From: a virus | Taxonomy: Duplodnaviria; Caudoviricetes | Length of the DNA: 64,000 nucleotides | IMG/VR virus record: IMGVR_UViG_3300031519_000013 | Location: 20,032 to 84,031 of that record | Strand: one strand, 5' to 3' | Shown here: positions 1 through 8,618 of the stretch, piece after piece | Position numbering within the stretch: the stretch's first letter is position 1 | Layout of the letters: every line of letters starts with the position of its first letter | Translations under genes and position numbers: made by a program | The notes under the pieces: model-generated | The model's input: only the letters and a program-made list of their open reading frames with translations | What the model was told of the DNA's origin: nothing | Database searches by the model: none

Positions 1-579
<579 letters not shown>

Positions 580-608
580 TTAATCTGTTATAATCAATAA
601 GAAGTAAT

Positions 609-634
609 GGGGTCTTCAAGACCCCTTTCTTTTT
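609..634 (+). terminator. Intrinsic terminator after psbA
   Basis: GGGGTCT-tca-AGACCCC followed by TTTCTTTTT. Confidence 0.85.
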
Positions 635-663
635 CTCTCAAATGTTAAGTTTAATTACTTATT

Positions 664-870
664 ATGACTGGTAAACTTGAATGGTTCGCGCAAACTTCTG
701 ATGAACCATATGATAGGCATCAATACAAATTTGTTTATTCTAACGGTCAGAGCACAATTTTCGACAGTTGGGAACAAGTTCAATCAGAATGGTTTACTAC
801 ACCAACACTTTTCAGATCAAATATCGAAGTGTTGGATAAAAAACAAAAATCAAATGGAGGTTTTAAATAG
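664..870 (+). CDS. Hypothetical protein between psbA and psbD
   Basis: 68-aa ORF whose stop overlaps the psbD GTG start. Confidence 0.75.
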   Translation: MTGKLEWFAQTSDEPYDRHQYKFVYSNGQSTIFDSWEQVQSEWFTTPTLFRSNIEVLDKKQKSNGGFK

Positions 871-1925
871 TGACAACATCTACACTAGTACAACAACAAA
901 GGGGGTGGTTCGATGTCCTTGATGACTGGGTTAAGCGTGATCGTTTCGTCTTTGTTGGTTGGTCTGGATTACTACTTCTTCCCACTGCTTATTTGGCAAT
1001 TGGTGGCTGGCTTACTGGTACAACTTTCGCTACGTCGTGGTACACCCACGGACTGGCAAGTTCCTATCTTGAAGGTGCTAATTTTCTCACAGCGTCTGTG
1101 TCAACGCCTGCTGACGCTATGGGTCATTCTCTTCTTCTTCTCTGGGGTCCTGAGGCTCAGGGCGATTTCGTCCGCTGGATCCAACTTGGGGGACTCTGGA
1201 ATTTTGTGGCACTCCACGGAGCCTTTGCTCTCATTGGTTTCATGCTTAGGCAATTTGAACTTTCTAGGTTAATTGGTATCCGTCCTTACAATGCTATTGC
1301 GTTTTCTGGTCCTATCGCTGTATTTGTCAGTGTCTTTCTTATCTATCCACTGGGCCAGTCTTCATGGTTCTTTGCTCCCTCCTTTGGGGTAGCAGCAATC
1401 TTCCGATTCCTGCTGTTCTTACAAGGATTCCATAACTGGACCCTCAACCCCTTCCACATGATGGGTGTAGCAGGTATCCTAGGTGGTGCATTGCTTTCTG
1501 CCATTCATGGTGTTACAGTAGAGAATACCTTGTATGAAGATGGTGAACAGTCAAACACATTTAAAGCGTTCGATTCCACTCAGGAGGAGGAGACCTATTC
1601 GATGGTTACTGCGAACCGTTTTTGGTCGCAAATCTTCGGCATTGCGTTTAGCAATAAGCGTTGGTTGCATTTCTTTATGTTGTTTGTTCCTGTCATGGGT
1701 CTTTGGACATCTTCTATTGGCATCATTGGGCTTGCTTTTAATCTTCGTGCCTATGATTTTGTGAGTCAAGAACTTAGAGCAGCAGAAGATCCTGAATTTG
1801 AGACTTTCTACACGAAAAATATCTTGCTCAACGAGGGATTGAGAGCATGGTTAGCACCAGTTGATCAACCACATGAAAACTTCATTTTTCCAGAGGAAGT
1901 ATTACCTCGTGGAAATGCTCTTTGA
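870..1925 (+). CDS. psbD: Photosystem II D2 protein
   Basis: [35 protein letters not shown]-terminal [10 protein letters not shown]. Confidence 0.99.
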   Translation: MTTSTLVQQQRGWFDVLDDWVKRDRFVFVGWSGLLLLPTAYLAIGGWLTGTTFATSWYTHGLASSYLEGANFLTASVSTPADAMGHSLLLLWGPEAQGDFVRWIQLGGLWNFVALHGAFALIGFMLRQFELSRLIGIRPYNAIAFSGPIAVFVSVFLIYPLGQSSWFFAPSFGVAAIFRFLLFLQGFHNWTLNPFHMMGVAGILGGALLSAIHGVTVENTLYEDGEQSNTFKAFDSTQEEETYSMVTANRFWSQIFGIAFSNKRWLHFFMLFVPVMGLWTSSIGIIGLAFNLRAYDFVSQELRAAEDPEFETFYTKNILLNEGLRAWLAPVDQPHENFIFPEEVLPRGNAL

Positions 1926-1959
1926 TTATTGACTTATAACCCGAACTATGTTAACTGTC

Positions 1960-1997
1960 ACCACTCCCTTGACGGGGGTGGTTTTTTATTGTATAAT
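1960..1997 (+). promoter_or_regulatory. Terminator hairpin with overlapping sigma70 promoter for rimK
   Basis: ACCACTCCC-ttgac-GGGGGTGGT then T-run; TTGACG 1969-1974, 17 bp, TATAAT 1992-1997. Confidence 0.8.
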
Positions 1998-2018
1998 GAC
2001 TACAAGTAAAACAAACAC

Positions 2019-2909
2019 ATGAAACTCTGGATGCTTGGTAATCGTCTCACCACAGAGATCTATGAAAGACAAAGATTTGTTGAAGAAGCAGATAAATATA
2101 ATATCGATCTTCGTTTGGTTTATGCTGACGAAATTGATTTGATTGTATCCAGAGATGACCGTAAATCTATTCGACATTGTAATGATATTGTTTCTCTGCC
2201 TGACGGCATACTTGCTCGCACTGGGAGTGGCACTGACTATTTTAATCTCAGTGTTCTCAGACAATTTGAGAGAATGAATGTCCAAACTCTTCCTAATTCT
2301 GCTTCTATTGAAGCATCAAAGGATAAGTTTCATGCCAATCAAATTTTGGCACAAGCAGGACTTCCTATTCCCAAAACTATGCTGACTAGATTTCCATGTA
2401 AATCTGAGTTAGTTGAAAAGGTAGTGGGATTTCCTTGTGTCCTGAAAGTTATAACTGGATCACATGGAGATGGTGTTTTTCTTTGTGAAGACGCTAAACA
2501 TTTTGAAGATTTGTCGGAACTTATTTCTTCTCTTGACTTTAAGAATTCTATGATTGTTCAGGAATATATTAAAGAATCAGAAGGAAGAGATCTGAGGGTA
2601 ATTGTTATTGGTGGTAGAGTTGTTGGTGCTATGCAACGCAAATCTACTGATGGTTCATTTAAAGCCAATATTTCCCGTGGAGGTCAAGGGGAAGCATACG
2701 ATGTGGATGACGAATTGGAAATGCTTAGTATTCAAGTTGCAAAAGCTCTTGATCTTGATATTGCTGGTGTTGATTTATTATTTCACATTGACGGATACCG
2801 AATCTGTGAAGCAAACTCCTCACCAGGATTTGAAGGATTTGAAAAAGCATTAGATATTAATGTTCCCCAAAAAGTTTTTGACTATGCTAAACTCAGATGT
2901 GGAGGATAA
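2019..2909 (+). CDS. rimK: RimK-family ATP-grasp alpha-L-glutamate ligase
   Basis: ASKDKFHANQILAQAGLPIPKT, GFPCVLKVITGSHGDGV, VQEYI, DLRVIVIGG, FKANISRGG, AGVDLL, ICEANSSPGFEG. Confidence 0.9.
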   Translation: MKLWMLGNRLTTEIYERQRFVEEADKYNIDLRLVYADEIDLIVSRDDRKSIRHCNDIVSLPDGILARTGSGTDYFNLSVLRQFERMNVQTLPNSASIEASKDKFHANQILAQAGLPIPKTMLTRFPCKSELVEKVVGFPCVLKVITGSHGDGVFLCEDAKHFEDLSELISSLDFKNSMIVQEYIKESEGRDLRVIVIGGRVVGAMQRKSTDGSFKANISRGGQGEAYDVDDELEMLSIQVAKALDLDIAGVDLLFHIDGYRICEANSSPGFEGFEKALDINVPQKVFDYAKLRCGG

Positions 2910-2920
2910 ACTAGAAGACC

Positions 2921-2974
2921 TTTACAAACAGGATAAAAATTGATATACTAAGAGGGTTACCACCCTCTTTTTTT
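2921..2974 (+). promoter_or_regulatory. Sigma70-type promoter overlapping the rimK terminator
   Basis: TTTACA 2921-2926, 17 bp, TGn-TATACT 2944-2949; hairpin AAGAGGGT-tacc-ACCCTCTT then T-run. Confidence 0.65.
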
Positions 2975-3268
2975 ATGATTGAGTTTCAAAGTGAAGTCCA
3001 AGATATCATCGAAACACTAGGATGGGATGAAGGTGATGATATTGTTGTCGAAATTGGCGGCACTGTTGTCAGTGGCATTCATCAAGGTGAGAACTATAAT
3101 AAAAAGTGGGCGACACCATTTGGTGTTCGTAAGTACAACAAAGATGCATTTATTGTCATCAGTAACAACTCTCGTAGGGATTTGAGTAAGTCTCAACCTA
3201 TGGATCGTGAACACAAACCACAGCATCCTTACACACCAGTTACCAGACCGGATCACAATACTAAATAA
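2975..3268 (+). CDS. Hypothetical cyanophage protein
   Basis: 97-aa ORF with phage-like codon use. Confidence 0.75.
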   Translation: MIEFQSEVQDIIETLGWDEGDDIVVEIGGTVVSGIHQGENYNKKWATPFGVRKYNKDAFIVISNNSRRDLSKSQPMDREHKPQHPYTPVTRPDHNTK

Positions 3269-3288
3269 ATTTCAAGTCAACAGAGACT

Positions 3289-3534
3289 ATGACCTTTACG
3301 ATTTATTCAAAAGATAATTGCCAATACTGCACAAAGATTGAACAGTTGATGCAATTTACAGAGGTTAAATATGTTGTCTATAAATTAGACAGAGATTTTA
3401 CCAAAGAAGCATTTCATGATGAGTATGGTGAGAAAGCCACCTTCCCCCAAGTAACCTATGGTTCCCAAACTATTGGTGGGTGTGCCGACACTATTAAGTT
3501 TTTGAGAGAACAAAAACAGTTACCAGAGGAATGA
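3289..3534 (+). CDS. nrdC: Glutaredoxin
   Basis: IYSKDNCQYC (CxxC), TFPQV, IGGCADT. Confidence 0.9.
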   Translation: MTFTIYSKDNCQYCTKIEQLMQFTEVKYVVYKLDRDFTKEAFHDEYGEKATFPQVTYGSQTIGGCADTIKFLREQKQLPEE

Positions 3535-3872
3535 AAGAACTTTGCTACCTTGTAGAAACCGCTATTGATTATGCATTCAAAGATAAGTTCGTATTGAACA
3601 TGTATCTGTATGCAAAATCTGCTCAGTTGACCAAGAAAGACATGACTCAGTTTATTCAAAGTTCTACTGCTGCTGAACTTAGTGATCTCTGTCTTGAACT
3701 TGACGAGTATATCAAAGGTGGTTCAGACAATGAGCACAAACAAATTCGTGAGGGGTATGGACATATTCCAAAATCACGTGCTCGTAAGATTAGAAACTAT
3801 CTTTATGGAATTTTAGAGGATGCTTTACGCTATGAAAGAGATAAACGACCTGGCCGTAAGAGAGGATCCTGA
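3531..3872 (+). CDS. Hypothetical protein
   Basis: 113-aa ORF, ATGA overlap with glutaredoxin. Confidence 0.8.
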   Translation: MKELCYLVETAIDYAFKDKFVLNMYLYAKSAQLTKKDMTQFIQSSTAAELSDLCLELDEYIKGGSDNEHKQIREGYGHIPKSRARKIRNYLYGILEDALRYERDKRPGRKRGS

Positions 3873-4032
3873 TCTACAAATAAATAAGGGCGTGGAGTTG
3901 ATGCTCCGAAACAAAAATAAGAAGGAGGGATCAAAGATTTTTCAGATAAAATTTGGGAAAATGATATCTCTATTCCGTAGAGAACTTCATGTGTGCCTAG
4001 ATTTTTCACTAGATGTAAAAAAGAAGGAGTAG
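3820..4032 (+). CDS. Hypothetical protein (start uncertain)
   Basis: Fills the gap in a tightly packed operon. Confidence 0.55.
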   Translation: MLYAMKEINDLAVREDPDLQINKGVELMLRNKNKKEGSKIFQIKFGKMISLFRRELHVCLDFSLDVKKKE

Positions 4033-4036
4033 AAAC

Positions 4037-4270
4037 ATGGTTGCCACGATCTTGACAATTAGTTCATTAGTCTCTATAATGTTCTTCTTCGTCGGAGGTA
4101 TGGTTGGATGGCTAGCAAAAGAGCACGTCATCAAAACAACTCCCTATCATCCAGATACTGTTAATTTGCATCCTGAATTCTTTGACGAAAATGGCAATGT
4201 ACTTCCAGATGAAGTTATTGCAGTGAGATTTGAAAATGCCGACGACTACTATGACAACGAAGACAACTAA
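4037..4270 (+). CDS. Small membrane-anchored hypothetical protein
   Basis: N-terminal hydrophobic helix ILTISSLVSIMFFFVGGMVGWL, acidic tail. Confidence 0.75.
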   Translation: MVATILTISSLVSIMFFFVGGMVGWLAKEHVIKTTPYHPDTVNLHPEFFDENGNVLPDEVIAVRFENADDYYDNEDN

Positions 4271-4745
4271 GAAGAGTTCAGTTCCTTCTCCCAAGTTAAC
4301 TGATCTCCCACCTAATCCATTCCAAAATGAAATTCTAGATCTTGTTTCTAAGGCAAGAACCCGCGCAAAAAAAGTTGAGCTTCTGAAACTGCACCGCAAT
4401 GAAGCTCTTGTGTCTTTGCTGATTTGGAACTTTGATGATACTGTCATCTCTATGCTTCCAGAAGGCACTGTTCCATACAAGCCTAACGAAGCACCTAAGG
4501 GAACAGAACACACCTCTCTGAGGAGCGAGCAGAGGAGTTTCTACAACTTTGTGAGGGGGGGAAACGATAGACTCTCCAAGACCAGACGAGAACTGATCTT
4601 TATTCAGATTCTGGAAGGTCTCCATCCCGAAGAAGCTGATCTATTGATCCTAGTAAAAGACAAGGCTCTGATCAACCGTTACAATGTTAATCGTGGTCAT
4701 GTTGAAGAAGCATATCCAGACATCCAATGGGGCGGTCGTTCATGA
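4236..4745 (+). CDS. Conserved T4-like cyanophage hypothetical protein
   Basis: LPEGTVPYKPN, RRELIFIQILEGLHPEEADLL. Confidence 0.8.
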   Translation: MPTTTMTTKTTKKSSVPSPKLTDLPPNPFQNEILDLVSKARTRAKKVELLKLHRNEALVSLLIWNFDDTVISMLPEGTVPYKPNEAPKGTEHTSLRSEQRSFYNFVRGGNDRLSKTRRELIFIQILEGLHPEEADLLILVKDKALINRYNVNRGHVEEAYPDIQWGGRS

Positions 4746-5014
4746 TGGGAATGATTACACTCATCCATCAAGACTGTGATCCAACACTAGCATCCGATAA
4801 GGGTCTTCCTACAAATTCTTTTTTAGTAAAGTATAATGTGGAGGGGACCCTCACTCATGATATTGTGATGGCAAACAAAGCAGTCGATATCTTTGATGAG
4901 TATTACGATAAGTATAAGAAAGATTTCCTCAGGTTTGATCAGACAGAAGGAAGACTCAGACCTAATTTATATGGAGTAAAACCAAAAAAAGAGGAGAAAA
5001 AGAAAAGACGATGA
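4742..5014 (+). CDS. Hypothetical protein
   Basis: ATGA overlaps on both sides; basic C-terminus. Confidence 0.75.
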   Translation: MMGMITLIHQDCDPTLASDKGLPTNSFLVKYNVEGTLTHDIVMANKAVDIFDEYYDKYKKDFLRFDQTEGRLRPNLYGVKPKKEEKKKRR

Positions 5015-5292
5015 CTGATGAAGAGCTGAGAGCACAGATTGAACTGTTGATTCGTGATGAAATTCAAGAGGTCATCAACTCCTATGTTGAAGAACAAAAT
5101 AAAAGTTCTCCTGAGGGTGAACTTGGTTTCATCACTCCTGACGAACAGAAGGAGATGACAGTGAAGATTAAGAATGTAGAGATCGATAAACTCATGAAGG
5201 AGTATAAGCAGATTAAGAAGGAAGAGAAGTCAAATATATCTGAGATTAAGAAACTGGGTCTCGTAGACAAATTTGGCAATCCACTTGACTAA
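5011..5292 (+). CDS. Hypothetical protein
   Basis: 93-aa ORF, ATGA overlap. Confidence 0.75.
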   Translation: MTDEELRAQIELLIRDEIQEVINSYVEEQNKSSPEGELGFITPDEQKEMTVKIKNVEIDKLMKEYKQIKKEEKSNISEIKKLGLVDKFGNPLD

Positions 5293-5313
5293 ATAAGAAA
5301 TGAGGTCTATAAT
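5285..5313 (+). promoter_or_regulatory. Consensus sigma70 promoter for the riboswitch transcript
   Basis: TTGACT 5285-5290, 17 bp, TATAAT 5308-5313; predicted +1 near A5320; late-type CTAAATA at 5289-5295. Confidence 0.85.
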
Positions 5314-5319
5314 AGACCT

Positions 5320-5546
5320 ATCGTTCATCCGAGAGATCGGACGCAAGTAAGTCGCGGAACGGAGTCGTTCATCCCATGATTGAATTTCTTCTATATTCAT
5401 CACTCAGTTGTTCTGATGCCGATAGCATTATGCTACGGATAAAGAGAAACGAAAATCTTAGCAATAAAGTTATGATTGAGTTAGTAGAAACCGTAAAGGA
5501 ATCTACACCTGAGTGCTATTGGGACGCACACGATTGAAGGAACGGG
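5320..5546 (+). ncRNA. Glutamine riboswitch class I (glnA motif)-like RNA, split/nested form
   Basis: AUCGUUCA-[UCCGA gaga UCGGA]-CGCAAGUAA-GUCG (5320-5354) ... CGAU-UGAA-GGAACG (5531-5544); matches the recalled class I layout P1-P2-GnAAGUAA-P3-UGAA-P1'; upstream of a DUF4278-like gene. Confidence 0.75.
5376..5537 (+). CDS. 53-aa protein enclosed by the aptamer halves (not in ORF track)
   Basis: MIEFLLYSSLSCSDADSIMLRIKRNENLSNKVMIELVETVKESTPECYWDAHD*; GGAG at 5361-5364. Confidence 0.7.
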   Translation: MIEFLLYSSLSCSDADSIMLRIKRNENLSNKVMIELVETVKESTPECYWDAHD

Positions 5547-5608
5547 AAAACACGGATCCTGCGAAAGCAGAGAAGGTTAATTTTCACCCAACTTTCAGGA
5601 GTAAATTC

Positions 5609-5752
5609 ATGACTACTATTACTTACAGAGGTCAGCAGTACGATAAAGAGGCGTACAAAGCCAGTGTGTTGGAGCAAGCAACGCAACAACGCAACCACAA
5701 TCTAATGTATCGTGGTATTAAGATCGAACGTAAGTTCGCATCTAAGAGCTGA
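5609..5752 (+). CDS. DUF4278-like small protein (IF17/GifB-related)
   Basis: AGGAG 5597-5601; MTTITYRGQQY...LMYRGIK with two YRG motifs. Confidence 0.7.
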   Translation: MTTITYRGQQYDKEAYKASVLEQATQQRNHNLMYRGIKIERKFASKS

Positions 5753-5759
5753 TTGTTAC

Positions 5760-5786
5760 GGGAGGTTTCATAACCTCCCTTTTTTT
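5760..5786 (+). terminator. Intrinsic terminator closing the riboswitch unit
   Basis: GGGAGGTT-tcat-AACCTCCC then T7. Confidence 0.9.
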
Positions 5787-5896
5787 GTAAATTATTACGG
5801 AAACTTCATTAAGTTAGCATACGCTGACTAAATATTAATAGAATTGGAGAGTTAATGAACTAAAATCATTATTACCGTTCTATATGGAGAATTATT

Positions 5897-6079
5897 ATGC
5901 ATAATCTATTATCGTACAACCAACTAGCAGGATGGAAACAGTCCGTTGACAAATTATCAAAGACCTTAGATAAGACCATGGAAGAATCGGATCTTATCAA
6001 TGACTACTACGATTGTTTGATTGAATGTGATGAAAATCAATCTAAATGTAAGCGTATTTGTAGGAGCGTTCTAGCTTAG
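5897..6079 (+). CDS. Small Cys-containing protein resembling a picocyanobacterial host family
   Basis: MHNLLSYNQLAGW...YYDCLIECDENQSKCKRIC; GGAG upstream. Confidence 0.7.
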   Translation: MHNLLSYNQLAGWKQSVDKLSKTLDKTMEESDLINDYYDCLIECDENQSKCKRICRSVLA

Positions 6080-6106
6080 TCCATAAACAATTAAACCGAA
6101 AGGTGA

Positions 6107-6141
6107 GGAGGGTTGCTACCCTCCTTTTTTAATGCTATAAT
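6107..6141 (+). promoter_or_regulatory. Terminator hairpin with overlapping sigma70 promoter
   Basis: GGAGGGT-tgct-ACCCTCC then T6; TTGCTA 6113-6118, 17 bp, TGn-TATAAT 6136-6141. Confidence 0.75.
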
Positions 6142-6163
6142 ATAATCTACGATCTACTTTTTT

Positions 6164-6328
6164 ATGGATAAGGAAACGCTTAAACTGATCGTCAAAAATC
6201 TAAAATCTTTGATCAATGTTCTAGAATCAGAGGTGTATTCTGATGCGGAATCATATAAATATCAAGAGGACTCTTCCGAGATTGGTGATTATGATGAGGT
6301 GTTTTATGAGGGAGATGATAGTGTGTAG
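6164..6328 (+). CDS. Small acidic hypothetical protein (not in ORF track)
   Basis: Manual translation MDKETLKLIVKNLKSLINVLESEVYSD...EGDDSV* directly after promoter. Confidence 0.7.
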   Translation: MDKETLKLIVKNLKSLINVLESEVYSDAESYKYQEDSSEIGDYDEVFYEGDDSV

Positions 6329-6333
6329 TTCTA

Positions 6334-6480
6334 ATGAAAGACAAGAAAGCAGCTAAAAAACTGATTAAGCGGTTTAAAAAGCATCCTGATTGGTATACAC
6401 AGGAAGAAGTATTGTATGCTAAACTTATTAAAAAAGAATTGAAACATAATGAATGCACGACTGATCACAGCGACTCCTGA
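6334..6480 (+). CDS. Small basic hypothetical protein (not in ORF track)
   Basis: Manual translation MKDKKAAKKLIKRFKKHPDWYTQEEVLYAKLIKK...*, overlaps thyX start. Confidence 0.65.
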   Translation: MKDKKAAKKLIKRFKKHPDWYTQEEVLYAKLIKKELKHNECTTDHSDS

Positions 6481-7084
6481 TGCCGAAAAAACTATGGCAT
6501 ATGTTGCCAGAGTTTCTAATCCAAACAATCAAGACAATGAAAAATATGCAGGACTTCTAGGTTACTGCATCAAGCATCACCATTGGTCTGTGTTTGAGCA
6601 AGCATACATGACACTGGAACTGACTACCACCAGAGGGTTGGCAGCTCAGGTTCTACGTCACCGTTCATTTACATACCAAGAATTTTCACAACGCTATGCT
6701 GATAGTTCCTTATTGGCACCACAGATCCCTGTTCCGAAACTGCGAAGGCAAGATAAAAAGAATCGTCAGAATTCTACGGACGATTTGGATGACTTTCATA
6801 AGCAAGAGTTTGAGATAGCTATTGAAAGGCACTTTGCTTCTGCGATGGATCTATATCAAACCATGCTTGATCATGGAGTGGCAAAGGAGTGTGCTCGTTT
6901 TGTCCTCCCTTTGGCAGTACCAACAAAAATCTATATGACAGGCTCATGTAGGTCATGGATCCATTATATCCAATTGCGAACAGCAAATGGTACACAACAA
7001 GAGCACATGGATCTTGCTAATGATTGTAAGAAGATCTTTATTGAACAGTACCCTACTGTTGCCGAAGCATTAGAATGGAAGTAA
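6449..7084 (+). CDS. thyX: FAD-dependent thymidylate synthase
   Basis: HWSVFEQA, QVLRHRSFTYQEFSQRY signature, KECARFVLP. Confidence 0.97.
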   Translation: MNARLITATPDAEKTMAYVARVSNPNNQDNEKYAGLLGYCIKHHHWSVFEQAYMTLELTTTRGLAAQVLRHRSFTYQEFSQRYADSSLLAPQIPVPKLRRQDKKNRQNSTDDLDDFHKQEFEIAIERHFASAMDLYQTMLDHGVAKECARFVLPLAVPTKIYMTGSCRSWIHYIQLRTANGTQQEHMDLANDCKKIFIEQYPTVAEALEWK

Positions 7085-7578
7085 TCGATAATTTTTTACC
7101 AAGGGATATTCACGAAGAATTGGTAGAACGTTTATGTTTCAACTCGAACATGCCATTATACTTTCAACAATGGGTATCTCATCCACCAGAATTAGAAACG
7201 AATAATGAACTGTGGAATTGGTATGCCACTCATGAGTTCTACAATCATGATAGACCCATGAGTGAATACTGTTCAAAGATGGTTATCACCTTCGGTGACA
7301 GGATTCCTAATCTTAAATCTCTCATGAGGATTAAATTAAATTTCTATCCACATACAGAGACTTTGAGAGAACATGGACAGCATGTTGATTATGACTTTCC
7401 ATCCCATGCTGCCATCTATTCACTGAATACTTGTAACGGTTTTACCAGATTGCAAGATGGAACAAAGGTAGATAGTATAGCAAATAGATTACTAATCTTT
7501 GATGGTAGTGAAATGCATAACTCATCTACTACAACAGATCAAAAAGGTAGGTACAATATTAATTTCAACTACCTTTAA
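7075..7578 (+). CDS. 2OG-Fe(II) oxygenase-like protein
   Basis: RIKLNFYP, HVD...H...RYNINFNY; paralog of 43979..44467. Confidence 0.75.
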   Translation: MEVIDNFLPRDIHEELVERLCFNSNMPLYFQQWVSHPPELETNNELWNWYATHEFYNHDRPMSEYCSKMVITFGDRIPNLKSLMRIKLNFYPHTETLREHGQHVDYDFPSHAAIYSLNTCNGFTRLQDGTKVDSIANRLLIFDGSEMHNSSTTTDQKGRYNINFNYL

Positions 7579-7604
7579 TAAATATTCACACATTATGTAA
7601 ATTT

Positions 7605-7853
7605 ATGGCAACGTATCCTGTAAAAAACAAAGAAACTGGCGAGACAAAAGATGTTGTAATGAGCGTACATGCATGGGATGATTGGATCAAAGAGAATCCT
7701 GACTGGGAAAGGTACTACACACCAGATAATGCTCCTGGGTTTGGTGAGGTAGGAGAGTGGAAAGATAAACTTAGGGTTACTAAACCTGGTTGGAATGAAG
7801 TCCTATCAAAAGTACAGAAAGCACCTTCGGCCCTTCAAACATTTAAACTTTAA
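7605..7853 (+). CDS. Conserved cyanophage hypothetical protein
   Basis: MATYPVKNKETGE, GEVGEWKDKL, PGWNEVL; late-type ATAAATA upstream. Confidence 0.8.
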   Translation: MATYPVKNKETGETKDVVMSVHAWDDWIKENPDWERYYTPDNAPGFGEVGEWKDKLRVTKPGWNEVLSKVQKAPSALQTFKL

Positions 7854-7862
7854 GTCTTAATT

Positions 7863-8618
7863 ATGCCTAGAAGAAAGAAAACGGATGATCCAATTGGAGT
7901 AGGTCTAACTGCAAAGCAAATGCGTCGTAAGAAACCACTTAACACGGATCTACTGGTTGATATTGAACCACTCACAGATAATCAAGAAAGATTTTTTGCT
8001 GATTACAAATCAGGTAAGCATCTGTTTGCATATGGATGTGCAGGTACAGGTAAGACATTCATTGCCCTCTATAATGCCCTGAGAGAGGTTCTTTCTGGCG
8101 AAACACAGTACGAGAAGATCTACATCGTTAGGTCTCTTGTAGCGACCAGAGAGATTGGTTTCCTGCCTGGTGATCATGAAGACAAGTCATCTCTTTATCA
8201 GATTCCTTACAAGAATATGGTAAAATATATGTTCGAGTTGCCATCTGAATCCGATTTCGAGATGCTGTATGGCAATTTGAAAACCCAAGGCACCGTTAGT
8301 TTTTGGTCCACGTCATTCATTCGTGGTACTACCTTTGATAATGCTATTGTGATTGTTGATGAGTGCCAGAACCTCAACTTCCACGAACTTGATTCTATTA
8401 TTACTCGCATTGGTGAGAATAGTAAGATCTTATTCTGTGGTGATGGGGTTCAATCCGATCTGACTAAGACTCATGAGAGAAATGGGATCTCCGATTTCAC
8501 TCGTATCCTTACAAAAATGGAATCGTTCTCTCTGATTGAATTTGGTATCGAAGATATCGTTCGTTCTGGTCTGGTCAAAGAATACATCCTCGCTAAGAAC
8601 GCAATTGGTTTAGTATGA
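7863..8618 (+). CDS. phoH: PhoH-family ATPase
   Basis: GCAGTGKT, IGFLPGD, FIRGTTFDN, IVDECQN. Confidence 0.95.
   Translation: MPRRKKTDDPIGVGLTAKQMRRKKPLNTDLLVDIEPLTDNQERFFADYKSGKHLFAYGCAGTGKTFIALYNALREVLSGETQYEKIYIVRSLVATREIGFLPGDHEDKSSLYQIPYKNMVKYMFELPSESDFEMLYGNLKTQGTVSFWSTSFIRGTTFDNAIVIVDECQNLNFHELDSIITRIGENSKILFCGDGVQSDLTKTHERNGISDFTRILTKMESFSLIEFGIEDIVRSGLVKEYILAKNAIGLV

Noticed and set aside
5513-5608. N-terminal extension of the 79-aa ORF in the track
   Set aside because: It overlaps the aptamer strand and hairpins; AGGAG at 5597 supports a start at 5609
5787-5798. Possible NtcA box GTA...TAC
   Set aside because: Spacer is 6 nt, not the 8 nt NtcA requires
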